Program-made: the position numbers and the translations under genes | Virus record (IMG/VR): IMGVR_UViG_3300037423_000960 | Span: 9,473-73,472 of that record | Source: a virus | Taxonomy: Duplodnaviria > Caudoviricetes | Direction: 5' to 3' (one strand) | DNA: 64,000 bases | In this document: positions 38,439-48,103 of the stretch, piece after piece | Position numbering within the stretch: position 1 is the stretch's first letter | How the letters are laid out: every line of letters begins with the position of its first letter | The notes under the pieces: model-generated | Database searches by the model: none | What the model was told of the DNA's origin: nothing | Seen by the model: only the letters and a program-made list of their open reading frames with translations

Positions 38439-38842
38439 CTAGCGTTCTCCCGCTGTTCCTTCTCGAACGTGGTGCGTTCCATCGCCGCCGTGAGGACGTC
38501 GTCACGGAAGTCCGGAAAGCGCTCGACCATTGCGAGAGCATTCTCTTCGCTGAATGGGAACTCTTCCTTGGGATTGTCTGGGTTCGGAACACCCTCCCAG
38601 CCGACAATGACGGAGCCGGCGACCTGCTTATTCAGGAGCTGCTCCTGAAGAGAGTCGGGCATCTCGCGATTACGAAACTGTGCGATGTAAGGCTTCTCGA
38701 GCTTGCGGCGATACTCGCGCGAAGCCTTGGAGGTGAGCCGACGAACCTGTACCTTGAGACCGTCGCCGAAATCTACCCAGACACCGGACTCTTCGAGACT
38801 CCGGTCCGTGTTGTAGCGATCTAGAAAACCAGCCATGAGCAT
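38429..38842 (-). CDS. Tail assembly chaperone (gpG-like)
   Basis: Between tail tube and tape measure; EESGVWVDFGDG, IVGWEGV and FPDFRDDV. Confidence 0.85.
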   Translation of the reverse strand: MLMAGFLDRYNTDRSLEESGVWVDFGDGLKVQVRRLTSKASREYRRKLEKPYIAQFRNREMPDSLQEQLLNKQVAGSVIVGWEGVPNPDNPKEEFPFSEENALAMVERFPDFRDDVLTAAMERTTFEKEQRENARKN

Positions 38843-38863
38843 TCCTTCTCTTTCAGTCTATCT

Positions 38864-38901
38864 TTAGGTCAGCTCGCTCAGGAGGAGACGAGCTGACCTA
38901 A
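38864..38901. terminator. 13-bp perfect inverted repeat between tail tube and chaperone genes
   Basis: TTAGGTCAGCTCG...CGAGCTGACCTAA; no U-tract, so could be a terminator or a processing/stability hairpin. Confidence 0.5.
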
Positions 38902-38930
38902 ACCTTATGCGCTCCGTGTTCGGTTGACAA
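38902..38930 (-). promoter_or_regulatory. Sigma70-like promoter
   Basis: CTTGTCA-N17-TAAGGT. Confidence 0.55.
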
Positions 38931-38935
38931 GTACC

Positions 38936-40441
38936 TTAGAGACAGTAGTCGAACCGAGACAGAAGGAGAGTATAGTCGCGAGAATTTGCAATGTCACGAA
39001 GCGCCTGGAAGCCAAGCGGCGTCGTGAGATCTGTGTCGATGCCCGGAACTTCCGGGAAACCAGAAGTGTACTTGAGACGAGGAATGTCCCAGACCTCTGC
39101 ACAATTATTGGCGGCGTCACGGAAGGCGATCGTCACGCCCGAAGCCGTGGTGTTCCGCAGCTTGTTGAGAAGCGTCTCGTCACCAAAGTAAGTGGTAAGC
39201 GTCCCGGTGATAGCTGCACGACCTAGACCCAGACCAACCGCCCCGGCCGAACCGATCCCATTGCGAGCACGAAGACCATTGTCGAGCGTGAACGCGAAAC
39301 CGCTGACATAGTTCGGAGCACCCATCGGGGCACCGGCTTCCATGATCATGGGGACGGAATTAGAAGCGTCCAGCACGGAATTCGTGCTGATTGCCTCAGT
39401 CGCAGCACCCGCGTCACGAGTGGCGGACGGAGCAGAGAGATCAGCACCCATCCAGGTCAGAGTCGAGGTCACGACACCGCGAGTTTCTGCCGTGAGGCTG
39501 AAGGCCGAGGGCTGCTGACCAGAGGCGTACGACCAGCGCTGACCAGCCGCGAGGGTGTACTCCTTCTCGACACGATACGTGAACTGCGAAGTTCCCGTGC
39601 GAATAGTGTCACCGTAGTAGACACGAATCGTCTTGCCGGTACCCGTATCGGCCGTGAAGACGCCCTGCGTGATGTCGAAGCTGAGACGATTAGCAGCGAT
39701 GGCGCTGATGCGAGCGAAACCATTGTTCGCCGCAGTGCCGAACGAATAGTTTCCGCCCTCGTTGGAGATCTTCACCCACTGACCAACGATAAGACCGAGC
39801 GTGGTGAAGTTCAGAGTCGTCGAGGTGAGAGCAGATCCGCCGGTGATGGTGGCGACGATGTCTCCGCTAGCACCCTGAAAACCGACGACCTTAGTACGAG
39901 CAGTCGCTGGAGGAGAGGCCTCGACCGTGAAGGTGCCGACGATAGTCGTAGCAGTGTTGCCGGTGATGGGGAAGAGACCGTTATTCGCAGCAACGCCGTA
40001 TCCGGTATTGCGAATAAGCATGTTGGCGACGAAGGCCGTACCAGTCGCGTTATTCTGTGAACCGGCGAGGACCGAACTCGCTGCGAGGGTGATGGCCGTG
40101 GCTGAGACGGACGAGATGCGAGTTGCGCTCGCACCATACTCCCAGTGAGCGCCATTGGCAACCTCGGGAGTGCGAAGCCAGTTGTTGCAGAAGAGACCCT
40201 CGAGGAACACGTCCATGTTCTCGATGGAGTGCTCCATCGCCATGTCGCCACCGGCATCTCGGCCGGTGTTGATGAGGTCGTTGATCTGACGAGTCGGATC
40301 GATCTCCGCCGACACTTCGTTAGTCGGTGTGAAGCTCAACGCATCGGATGTGCGACGCACTTCCTTGTACACGGGATTCGCTGGGGCAACACCGAAGGAA
40401 GTTTCCTTGGCGACCCGGAGTGCGGTCCGATTACTGTCCAT
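38936..40441 (-). CDS. Major tail tube protein
   Basis: MDSNRTALRVAKETSFGVAP, EIDPTRQINDLI and GRAAITGTLTTYF; position; host-like codon usage. Confidence 0.88.
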   Translation of the reverse strand: MDSNRTALRVAKETSFGVAPANPVYKEVRRTSDALSFTPTNEVSAEIDPTRQINDLINTGRDAGGDMAMEHSIENMDVFLEGLFCNNWLRTPEVANGAHWEYGASATRISSVSATAITLAASSVLAGSQNNATGTAFVANMLIRNTGYGVAANNGLFPITGNTATTIVGTFTVEASPPATARTKVVGFQGASGDIVATITGGSALTSTTLNFTTLGLIVGQWVKISNEGGNYSFGTAANNGFARISAIAANRLSFDITQGVFTADTGTGKTIRVYYGDTIRTGTSQFTYRVEKEYTLAAGQRWSYASGQQPSAFSLTAETRGVVTSTLTWMGADLSAPSATRDAGAATEAISTNSVLDASNSVPMIMEAGAPMGAPNYVSGFAFTLDNGLRARNGIGSAGAVGLGLGRAAITGTLTTYFGDETLLNKLRNTTASGVTIAFRDAANNCAEVWDIPRLKYTSGFPEVPGIDTDLTTPLGFQALRDIANSRDYTLLLSRFDYCL

Positions 40442-40498
40442 CAGTAAGGCCTCCTGACTTTGCTATGCCATACCTCCAAACGTGGAGAGATACAAGCG

Positions 40499-40945
40499 TT
40501 ATTTTTCGACTAACTGATCCCGATAAAACGGGGCTTCGAACACGTAGCGATCCCAGTTATCGTCAAGGTTCGCAGCGCGAACTTCGTTTGTTGCGAGAAC
40601 GCGACTGGACGGGGTCTGAAACTTAATTAGCTCACCATCGTCAGTGAGAATCTCCAGCATCTCGTAGGCATCAGCCCACCTATCGGCAAGCTGTCGTGAT
40701 CTCGTAGTGCCTTGATCCTGTGGAGTGTAGATGTCGATCTGCATGGTACCAAGATGTCGCTTGAAGAAAGTGCGACCGACTCCGTGACGAATGACTCCTC
40801 TCTCCACGAGATTGTACACACAGAAGAGGGTAGAAGACGGAGTCTCGAAGGACTGGTTCGGCCACGCGATCTGTTGTCCAACGTCGGGCTCAGCTAGCGT
40901 CTTAAAATGCGCTGCGACGGCTTTGCGTTCAGTTTCCTTCGACAC
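40499..40945 (-). CDS. Tail terminator (DUF4128-like)
   Basis: IAWPNQSF...GTMQIDIYTPQDQG; position. Confidence 0.75.
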   Translation of the reverse strand: MSKETERKAVAAHFKTLAEPDVGQQIAWPNQSFETPSSTLFCVYNLVERGVIRHGVGRTFFKRHLGTMQIDIYTPQDQGTTRSRQLADRWADAYEMLEILTDDGELIKFQTPSSRVLATNEVRAANLDDNWDRYVFEAPFYRDQLVEK

Positions 40946-41456
40946 GCTTGATAAATCCCATCATGGAGTACTGTAGGAGAGTCTCTCCTCGCCTAGTCAT
41001 ACCGCTCGGCGGCGTACGAGACTTGTGATCCGCTGTTGCATAGGTCCCGTACTCGACATCGCTGAAGTGAGCTAGATTGTTGTTGAGGTAGATGCTCTGA
41101 AACGGGTTGGCTCTCACAGAGCTGAGAAGAATCTCGAACTCTTCCTGAACCTTCTGGGCGTTGGCACGGCGTCTAGGCTCGCTTCCGAGAGGAAGATCGC
41201 TGGTCTTACCGGGAAGAGCAGGATCTACGACGGCTCCACGAGTGGACGTGTTCGGCGACCCAAGACTCCAACGAAAGTTAACGAGGGTGCGACCGGTGTA
41301 GACGGGTGTCTCGAGGATGGACTTCTGCATATCGGTAAGGCCGACCGTCAGCCGCGCAACAAGCGTCTCACGTATGTCCCGCACCGCTTCCTTGCCGAGA
41401 TTTGAGAATCCTCGGGGTCTACGAAACTTTGATCTCATCATAGCCTGCGCGGTCAT
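40929..41456 (-). CDS. HK97 gp10-like tail completion/neck protein
   Basis: TPVYTGRTLVNFRWS...IYLNNNLAHFSDVEYG. Confidence 0.75.
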   Translation of the reverse strand: MTAQAMMRSKFRRPRGFSNLGKEAVRDIRETLVARLTVGLTDMQKSILETPVYTGRTLVNFRWSLGSPNTSTRGAVVDPALPGKTSDLPLGSEPRRRANAQKVQEEFEILLSSVRANPFQSIYLNNNLAHFSDVEYGTYATADHKSRTPPSGMTRRGETLLQYSMMGFIKRVEGN

Positions 41457-41824
41457 GCGCGCCTCGCGAAGATGATGTACAATTCAGGAATAGGCTTTGA
41501 CATGAGAACGTTCCAACGCTCGCCAGTCTCCATGACGATAGAGTCATTCTCAGTGGGCGTCAGCTCCCCAAGATCTACCGCAGGAACTAAGAACTTCGAG
41601 TCTAGTACCGAGACCGGCGAAGCTTCTCGCTCCTGCAACGTGATGGCAGAAGGTAGAAAACGAACTCCCGTGAGAGTAGTCGTAGTATCCGACTTCGTGT
41701 CCGTTACAGGATCGTAAGATCCGTTACCGGTCTTACTCGTGTAAGTACCAGTCCTGACTAGCTCCTCCGCGACGGAGAAGGCGGTCTCGACACTACTCGA
41801 GACAATATCTCTGAGGCCCTTCAT
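41453..41824 (-). CDS. Head closure / head-tail joining protein
   Basis: GSYDPVTDT motif; position. Confidence 0.7.
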   Translation of the reverse strand: MKGLRDIVSSSVETAFSVAEELVRTGTYTSKTGNGSYDPVTDTKSDTTTTLTGVRFLPSAITLQEREASPVSVLDSKFLVPAVDLGELTPTENDSIVMETGERWNVLMSKPIPELYIIFARRA

Positions 41825-42352
41825 CTAACCTACTATGACCTTACGTACTCGGGTGCCTAACGTGTATTCTCCGAGGCCGCGCAGCGCCAGCAAAGCGGCG
41901 GCTGGTACGGGCGCGTTTACCCTAGAGCCTCCATTTTGGGCACTGGAAAACTGAATCTCTATGACATCTACTTTGACGCGGTCCACGCCAGTCGAGGAGG
42001 GAGCTGCGAAAGGATCTCCTCGACTGGCGAATACAGCCATCTCAAAAGTTGCGATCTTAACCTTCTTCGGAACCACGCTGTCGGAGATGAGACGCCCCTC
42101 ATCATCTACGACGAGAGAGCGAGGCCAGCCGAGCGCCTGAGTAGAACTCTTGATGACTCCACGCCATCTGATGAGAGTGTCTAGCTGAGCAGTAGCGGCA
42201 ACGAGAAGGTTAGCCCGATCTGGCTCTCCGAGATCAGACCAGTTGTCCGAGTAGAAAGGGTGACTGGCGAAATAGTCATCTGCCTCTGCCTCAGAGACGT
42301 AGGAGTTCGAGTCGGCGAGACCAGAGCCATCCTCCACTACCAGATCGACCAT
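41825..42352 (-). CDS. Head-tail adaptor (DnaT-like domain family)
   Basis: VVEDGSGLADSNSYVSEAEADDYF and QALGWPRS. Confidence 0.8.
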   Translation of the reverse strand: MVDLVVEDGSGLADSNSYVSEAEADDYFASHPFYSDNWSDLGEPDRANLLVAATAQLDTLIRWRGVIKSSTQALGWPRSLVVDDEGRLISDSVVPKKVKIATFEMAVFASRGDPFAAPSSTGVDRVKVDVIEIQFSSAQNGGSRVNAPVPAAALLALRGLGEYTLGTRVRKVIVG

Positions 42353-42370
42353 CTCAAACTCCTTTACACG

Positions 42371-42399
42371 AACATAGCACTAGAGGGGTCTCTTGACTA
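42371..42399 (-). promoter_or_regulatory. Sigma70-like promoter
   Basis: CTAGTCA-N17-TATGTT with AGGAG RBS downstream. Confidence 0.4.
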
Positions 42400-43554
42400 G
42401 CCTACGATGTAGGCGCGGCCGAAGGGCGAAGCCTGTGGTGCGGACGTTGGGACTACTGTACTCACAGCCATTCCTCCCGGCTCGACAAAAGTTCTAACAC
42501 CAGAGATTTCGGACACTAGGTATCCGTCGGGAGTGACGTAGACGCGAGTGACTGGTGTAAGGGTGCCTTCAGTCACGTTAAGGACTGTAACTGTCAGAGT
42601 GGAAATCTTCGGAGAACCCGAAGCACCCGAGAGAGTTTCAGTTACCTGAATATTGTAGCTGGTCGTTGTCTCGTAGTCCAGACCAGCACCGGCTGCGAGA
42701 TACACTCCATAGCTCTGGCCAGAGATTAAGGAGAGAGTAAATCGTCCGCCCGCGCTGTCCGTCAAGGCTAGCGAAGAAGCCGGATCAGTGGACGTTATCG
42801 TACCAACTAGAATTCCTGGCGCTGCTGTCTCTGGAACGCTGCCTCCAGAAGTCCAACCGAGGGTCTGAAGAGCAACCGCAGGAGTCCACTCAAGAATTAT
42901 GAGACCTGCCCGACCCGCGCCTCCAGCATTGCCAGATTTTCTCCCGCCTCCTCCACCTCCTCCGTACAGTCCCGCTGCTCCGCCCGGTCCCTGTGAGGTC
43001 GCCGCGTTACCTCCGCCTCCCGCACCAGCTTGAGCGCTCGTAGAAGTATCTGTCCAGAACGTTCCGTTAGTAGCGGCTGGAACGGTACCGTTGTTTCCTG
43101 TGCCACCTGTAGAAGTGGTCGCTGTCGCACCAGCGCCGGAAGGTCCAGCCGCTCCTCCGCCTCCACCAGAGCCAGAGCCTGCTCCCGAACCACCAGCGTA
43201 AGTTTGATCGCCTATCGAGTTAGCAGTAGTAGCTCCGGTCTGGGAGGCAGTACCAGCCGCGCGTACCGTCGTGTTGGAGGTGACCCAAGTGTGAGCTGTT
43301 CCTCCGGGAACCGTGACTGTCCCACCTACTACACCGATCTGACAGGAGGCCGTTCCTCCAGCAGTGAGAGCAACATTTGCCTTGCGAGCGTAGGCTCCGC
43401 CGCCTCCACCCGCGGCGATCGTTCCAGAACCTGTGCCCGTTCCGGCGCTACCATTCGCACCGGCTCCGATGCAGTGGACGACGTTGTTGGAATTGTTCCA
43501 GTCGTTCGGGACCGAGAACGTAGAACCAGAAGTTATGATCTTAAACTTAGGCAC
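42397..43554 (-). CDS. Gly-rich virion protein with cadherin-like domain
   Basis: CIGAGANG..GGGGGAY Gly-rich domain; VPETAAPGILVG...LDYETTTSYNIQV cadherin motif. Confidence 0.65.
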   Translation of the reverse strand: MPKFKIITSGSTFSVPNDWNNSNNVVHCIGAGANGSAGTGTGSGTIAAGGGGGAYARKANVALTAGGTASCQIGVVGGTVTVPGGTAHTWVTSNTTVRAAGTASQTGATTANSIGDQTYAGGSGAGSGSGGGGGAAGPSGAGATATTSTGGTGNNGTVPAATNGTFWTDTSTSAQAGAGGGGNAATSQGPGGAAGLYGGGGGGGRKSGNAGGAGRAGLIILEWTPAVALQTLGWTSGGSVPETAAPGILVGTITSTDPASSLALTDSAGGRFTLSLISGQSYGVYLAAGAGLDYETTTSYNIQVTETLSGASGSPKISTLTVTVLNVTEGTLTPVTRVYVTPDGYLVSEISGVRTFVEPGGMAVSTVVPTSAPQASPFGRAYIVG

Positions 43555-43563
43555 GATCTTGTC

Positions 43564-44889
43564 CTAAGTAATATCAGCGAGAGGATCTACGTAGACTACT
43601 CCGCTTGACTTCGCATACTTGACCCTCCAGCGAATAAGCCCTGTCATCCAGGGTGTGAACTGAACTACTAGCTTCTGCGCTACGGGAGAAGCCAGACCTG
43701 AAGTATTCCAGGTCGCCGCGTCAGCGTCCTGAGCCGAGACGGTAGCTAGAAGAGACACGGGAGCGTCAGATACGAAATTAGGGATGTATGAGCCACTCGT
43801 ACCAAAGTACTCGGCCTCAACCCAGATGTCATTGTTATTAAGAGTCACACCGTCGGTAAGAACGTGGACGGTGAGAGTCTTTGTAACACCGACATAGTCA
43901 TTCCACACAACCCCGTCGTAAGTCTGAAATGGCCTAGTCGGCGTATTGTACGTCGCACCGGTGATCTTCCAGGAGTAGGGAGTAGTGCCGTCGGAAGCGC
44001 CTCCTGATCTCACTACCGAATTCTCAGTGTCTAGAATGGCACCCTGCTCTTGGAGTCTGCTGCGAACGAAGTTCGTACCCTCGTAACAGTTCAACATCTC
44101 GAATCGCATCGCCGTTGTGTTGACTCCCCAATGCCAGAAGAAAGGGGATGGGAGCTTACAACCATGCAGAAGCGCGCGATAGCCGCTTCCGTTCTGAAAC
44201 ATGGCGCTAGATCCCAGAGGAGTGAAGTCAACCCCGATAAACTCAAGATATGTTTGAGTGAGAGTGGCGAAGAGCATACCCCCGCCACCAATGATAATTC
44301 CACCAGGAAAGAAAGAGACCCCGGGATCGTTCCTAATGCGGAACTTGATAGTCTGTAGAACCCACATCGCGGTAGTCGACTGATCACTAGACACTGAGCA
44401 ATTCAGTAGCTCCAGAATGTAGCCTCCCGGGAAGAATCCGGCGTTAATGGCCGTGTGCTTAAGATTGAATTGACATCTCTCAAAGGTGCGGAATCCCGCT
44501 GCTCCACCTGGAAGCGTTAATCTGGTAGCGACTGCAGATCCAACACCGACGTTGAAGATAATGCCGTAGAAGTAGTTAACCGCTCCGCTAGAACCTACAT
44601 TCACAGTAGCTGTAAGATTAATGACAGCAGTCGTACGAAGATCTGCATCTACAGGCGGGACGCTGCCGCCGCGATCTACGCAGAAGACACGATCAGGGAC
44701 GTTGGCGGTTCCCTTGAAGTCCAGAGAAGTTGCCGGATTATTCTCAACGTGATCGTGAGCAACGAAGTAGGTGTCTCCAGCCGCAGCAGCGGCATTCGCA
44801 GTCGCAGACGTCAGAAGAGTGAAGGCGTTGGTCCAACTCGTCCCGTCACCCGTACCAGTCGCACCACTCCAGACATACCAGTTCGCCAT
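43564..44889 (-). CDS. Virion fibre/appendage protein (beta-helix-like)
   Basis: YVWSGATGTGDGTSWTNAFT...AAAGDTYFV N-terminus typical of beta-helix proteins. Confidence 0.55.
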   Translation of the reverse strand: MANWYVWSGATGTGDGTSWTNAFTLLTSATANAAAAAGDTYFVAHDHVENNPATSLDFKGTANVPDRVFCVDRGGSVPPVDADLRTTAVINLTATVNVGSSGAVNYFYGIIFNVGVGSAVATRLTLPGGAAGFRTFERCQFNLKHTAINAGFFPGGYILELLNCSVSSDQSTTAMWVLQTIKFRIRNDPGVSFFPGGIIIGGGGMLFATLTQTYLEFIGVDFTPLGSSAMFQNGSGYRALLHGCKLPSPFFWHWGVNTTAMRFEMLNCYEGTNFVRSRLQEQGAILDTENSVVRSGGASDGTTPYSWKITGATYNTPTRPFQTYDGVVWNDYVGVTKTLTVHVLTDGVTLNNNDIWVEAEYFGTSGSYIPNFVSDAPVSLLATVSAQDADAATWNTSGLASPVAQKLVVQFTPWMTGLIRWRVKYAKSSGVVYVDPLADIT

Positions 44890-45314
44890 CAGCTAGACCT
44901 CTTGACCCAGAGGGTCACAGTCGCCCGCTTGATGTTTGTAGCGGCCCCTGAGACCACCGCTCGAAGGAGGTCACCCTGCGCCAGCCCTGTGCTGCCCCAA
45001 CCCGTCAGGGACGTGTTCTGAGCCTTCTGAGCGCCGCTCAGACTAGGCTTGGCGGTGCCTGCCACGCTGCTGAACGTGGGAAAACCCGCGTAGGTGCATT
45101 TCTGTACATCGATTGTGATACTTCCAGTCACGTCTCCGACGATGGTCCATCGCTGAATAGTTCCCGCGAACGGGAGATCAGGAAGATCGGCCGCTAGAGC
45201 ATCTGCGATAACCGCACCGCCTCCGTTAAGCTCGAAGACCAGAGCCACGAGATCTCCGGCGAAGGCACTGAAGCTGTCGCTCTGTCTCTGGAGGTCTGGT
45301 CCTACGACCTTCAC
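44889..45314 (-). CDS. Virion accessory protein
   Basis: Beta-sandwich-like sequence; translationally coupled within structural cluster. Confidence 0.55.
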   Translation of the reverse strand: MKVVGPDLQRQSDSFSAFAGDLVALVFELNGGGAVIADALAADLPDLPFAGTIQRWTIVGDVTGSITIDVQKCTYAGFPTFSSVAGTAKPSLSGAQKAQNTSLTGWGSTGLAQGDLLRAVVSGAATNIKRATVTLWVKRSS

Positions 45315-45323
45315 GAGACCTCC

Positions 45324-46412
45324 TTAAGCGATGACGGTGACGCGGTAGGAGTTCGCAGTAGGGGCGACGGCGAAGGTGACCTGCACCGTGTTGACTCCGT
45401 TGGCGACGACGTCTGCAATTACCATCGCGTTCGTCGCCTTCTCCCGAACAGAGACATGGACGTCCTGCGTTCCCAGATTGTGCGTGACGGTTAGCGTCGC
45501 GCTCGTACCGTCACCGATGTCTGCACTGAATTTCCGTGCGACGATGGCGGTGTCGACGGAGACGCCACCAGCCGCGACACTGATGCCACCGCCCGCAGCC
45601 GCCACGACTGTGATAGCATTCCCGCCGAGCGTGATACCGTTACCAGCGGTGTAGGTGACTCCGGCACCACCGAACTGATTGATCGAGAGCGCTGTGGTAC
45701 CGAGGACAATGCCTCCGGTATTCTCGAGACGCCACTGCGTCTTACCGTTCGCAGTACCTTCCTCGACGTACCAGAAGGCGCCCGGAGTCATCTCGTTGTT
45801 GCTGTCTGCGTCCGAGGCACGAGTCCACGCACCAGCCGCAGCGACATAGACGCCGTTTGCCGAGGCAGTGGTCTGATTCTTGGCAAGAATGCGATCGCCG
45901 GCGACGGGAGTGACACCGTCAATCGCACTCAAGCCAGACAGCGTGAGATTCGCCGTCGAGGCCAAACGGACAGAGGCCTTCGCGTCGATACCAGCCGCAG
46001 CGTTGTTCACCTGCGTCTGGACGTACGACATCGTAGCCGCGTCCTGAGGGTTGGTAGGATCCGCGAGATTGGTGATCTTCTTGCTATTCCAGCTCACGTC
46101 AGCCGTGGGGACAGCGAAGCTGCTCAGCGAGTAGCCCTGAACCGTCGTGGCGAGATCACTGATCGTGGTTGAGAGCTGAGTGCCAGTGTGATTGGCGCGA
46201 CTGAGAACTGTGGCGAGCGAGCTACCGCCGAGAAGAGCGGAGTCTGTGGCCTTATTCGTCCACGACGCACCGTCGTACCAACGCGGAGCGCCGAGCGCAG
46301 TGTCGTAGTACATCTGGCCCGCGACAGGAGTTCCCGGAGCAGACGAGAGCGGATGCAGAGCCGCGTTCTGAAGCTGAAGCTTCGAGAGGTCTAGATTGAC
46401 AACCATCTTCAT
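45324..46412 (-). CDS. Head decoration / fibre protein
   Basis: KITNLADPTNPQDAAT, KASVRLASTANLTLSG..IDGV...GDRILAKNQT and THNLGT motifs. Confidence 0.7.
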   Translation of the reverse strand: MKMVVNLDLSKLQLQNAALHPLSSAPGTPVAGQMYYDTALGAPRWYDGASWTNKATDSALLGGSSLATVLSRANHTGTQLSTTISDLATTVQGYSLSSFAVPTADVSWNSKKITNLADPTNPQDAATMSYVQTQVNNAAAGIDAKASVRLASTANLTLSGLSAIDGVTPVAGDRILAKNQTTASANGVYVAAAGAWTRASDADSNNEMTPGAFWYVEEGTANGKTQWRLENTGGIVLGTTALSINQFGGAGVTYTAGNGITLGGNAITVVAAAGGGISVAAGGVSVDTAIVARKFSADIGDGTSATLTVTHNLGTQDVHVSVREKATNAMVIADVVANGVNTVQVTFAVAPTANSYRVTVIA

Positions 46413-46425
46413 GGTCAGTGACTCC

Positions 46426-46779
46426 TCAGTTCAAGTACGCGATGCCTGACATCGGAATGTCAAACTCGAGTCTCAACAAGTTAGGATCCAAGTACGTAGT
46501 CTCAGAGAGAACACTGCGACCGGCATTGTCGACGACAGTGACTGATGGGTAGCGATTCAGGTTGTGCGAGATATTCCAGATCTGATTAGCCGAGGGCTGA
46601 CTGAACTGAAACGTCGTCTGTACACCGTTTCCCTCTGGACCCTGAGGACCGGGAATTCCCGGTACCCCGTCACGCTTCACGACAACGATAGAAGCCTCGA
46701 CCTGATTCACCACAGGGCGATTGTCGCCACGTACAAGGGTGACGATAGACTCTCGACGCAGTATGACTGCGTCTGTCAC
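46426..46779 (-). CDS. Small structural protein with short collagen-like segment
   Basis: GVPGIPGPQGPEG and WNISHNLNRYPSVTVVD. Confidence 0.65.
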   Translation of the reverse strand: MTDAVILRRESIVTLVRGDNRPVVNQVEASIVVVKRDGVPGIPGPQGPEGNGVQTTFQFSQPSANQIWNISHNLNRYPSVTVVDNAGRSVLSETTYLDPNLLRLEFDIPMSGIAYLN

Positions 46780-47105
46780 GATGCCCTCCTGATCTTCCCC
46801 GGCCAGACTTCCACACCGGGAGTAGTCGTCACATCCAGGAGGCTGAACGAAGTCCAGCGAGTAGAGAAGTCGTTACACTCATCTTCTGTGAGCGTCAACA
46901 TCTTCCCGCCCGCGAAGCTCGTGTCTACCTCAAGCATCTTATCGACGCGAGTTCCCGCAACGAACCGTAAAGGAACATTCGTTAGGTCGATGGGATTACC
47001 GTCAGCATCCTGCATCCGCACAGGAATAAGGAGTCCGCCCTTCCTCGGAACGGTGATGTCCCCATTCTGATCTACTGGAGGAGGGATGGTCGGCACGTAT
47101 CTCAA
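46776..47105 (-). CDS. Structural accessory protein (BppU N-terminal-like)
   Basis: DADGNPIDLTN motif. Confidence 0.5.
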   Translation of the reverse strand: MRYVPTIPPPVDQNGDITVPRKGGLLIPVRMQDADGNPIDLTNVPLRFVAGTRVDKMLEVDTSFAGGKMLTLTEDECNDFSTRWTSFSLLDVTTTPGVEVWPGKIRRAS

Positions 47106-47119
47106 ACCCTTCTATGAGA

Positions 47120-47155
47120 AGCGCCCGCCGCAGCGCGACGACTGCGACGGGCGCT
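47120..47155 (-). terminator. Probable terminator of the capsid transcript
   Basis: AGCGCCCG/CGGGCGCT outer stem with CGCAG/CTGCG inner stem; TCTC tail on minus strand. Confidence 0.55.
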
Positions 47156-47181
47156 CATGCTCCGCAGGCTGGCGGAACCGA

Positions 47182-47607
47182 TTACTTCTTGTCGGCGGCG
47201 CCCGACTTGTTGTCTCCGGTCTTGCCTGACTCCGCAGCCTTCTTGTCTTCCGACTGAGCCGCCGAGCCGACGATGCTCTTGTTCGGAACGTTGTCAGCAT
47301 TCTCGCCGGCCTTCTGGGCGGCGTCGGCTTCCTTCGGACTGTCGGCCATCACAACGCGACCGGCGACGCCAGAGATCTCGGCGACGATCTGATCGCTCGG
47401 GATACCCGCCGCCATTCCGGAGCGCAGAGGCGTTGCCGCGATGCGAGCCGCCTCGACGGCACCGTTCTCGACAAGCGTGTACTCACCCGAGTTGATGAGC
47501 TCCTTGGCGTCCACCGGGTAGACGTTCTGGCGACGACCCTTCTCGTCCTCGATGGTCACCAGACCGGGAACCATCGCGGAGGGAATCATATTTTCACGAA
47601 CCGTCAT
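47182..47607 (-). CDS. Head-associated hypothetical protein
   Basis: Host-like codon usage; follows the decoration gene. Confidence 0.65.
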   Translation of the reverse strand: MTVRENMIPSAMVPGLVTIEDEKGRRQNVYPVDAKELINSGEYTLVENGAVEAARIAATPLRSGMAAGIPSDQIVAEISGVAGRVVMADSPKEADAAQKAGENADNVPNKSIVGSAAQSEDKKAAESGKTGDNKSGAADKK

Positions 47608-47634
47608 TTCACTGACTCCTTTCCGCCGCGACCG

Positions 47635-48078
47635 TTACGGGAGCGGGTTCTGGCTGATGAACGCCGAGTAGTTGATGCTCGGGGTCGTACCGCCGAGAAC
47701 TGCGTAGATTCGGGCGTAAGCCTTCGCAGCACCGTCCTCGCCGATGTTGTTGAACGGGACCGATCGCCGGCCGACGCCCTGACTGTCCTCGCCGATGGAC
47801 GAAGGACCCGACTCGATGCGAGCCGCGACCGTGACGTCCGTGGCGAAGGTGGGGTCGGACGAGACCTGAAGGCGGAGATCGGCGCTTTCGTCACCGGTCG
47901 TGGCGTCCAGCGTCGAGATGTCGACCACGAGCGCCGCACTGACGATGCCCGTACCGAGATTCACGACACGCGGTGAGCCGCCGACGGTACCGGCACCCGT
48001 CGAGGTGACAGCACCGGCGTCCTTGAGCTGAAGAGCCGCGTCGAACGTGGCATCCATCTGATTGCGCTTCGTACCCAT
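47635..48078 (-). CDS. Capsid decoration / minor capsid protein (147 aa)
   Basis: True start MGTKRNQMDATFD at 48078 with GAGGAG RBS; directly after the MCP. Confidence 0.7.
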   Translation of the reverse strand: MGTKRNQMDATFDAALQLKDAGAVTSTGAGTVGGSPRVVNLGTGIVSAALVVDISTLDATTGDESADLRLQVSSDPTFATDVTVAARIESGPSSIGEDSQGVGRRSVPFNNIGEDGAAKAYARIYAVLGGTTPSINYSAFISQNPLP

Positions 48079-48103
48079 CTGATGTTCTCCTCTCGGCCTC
48101 CCG

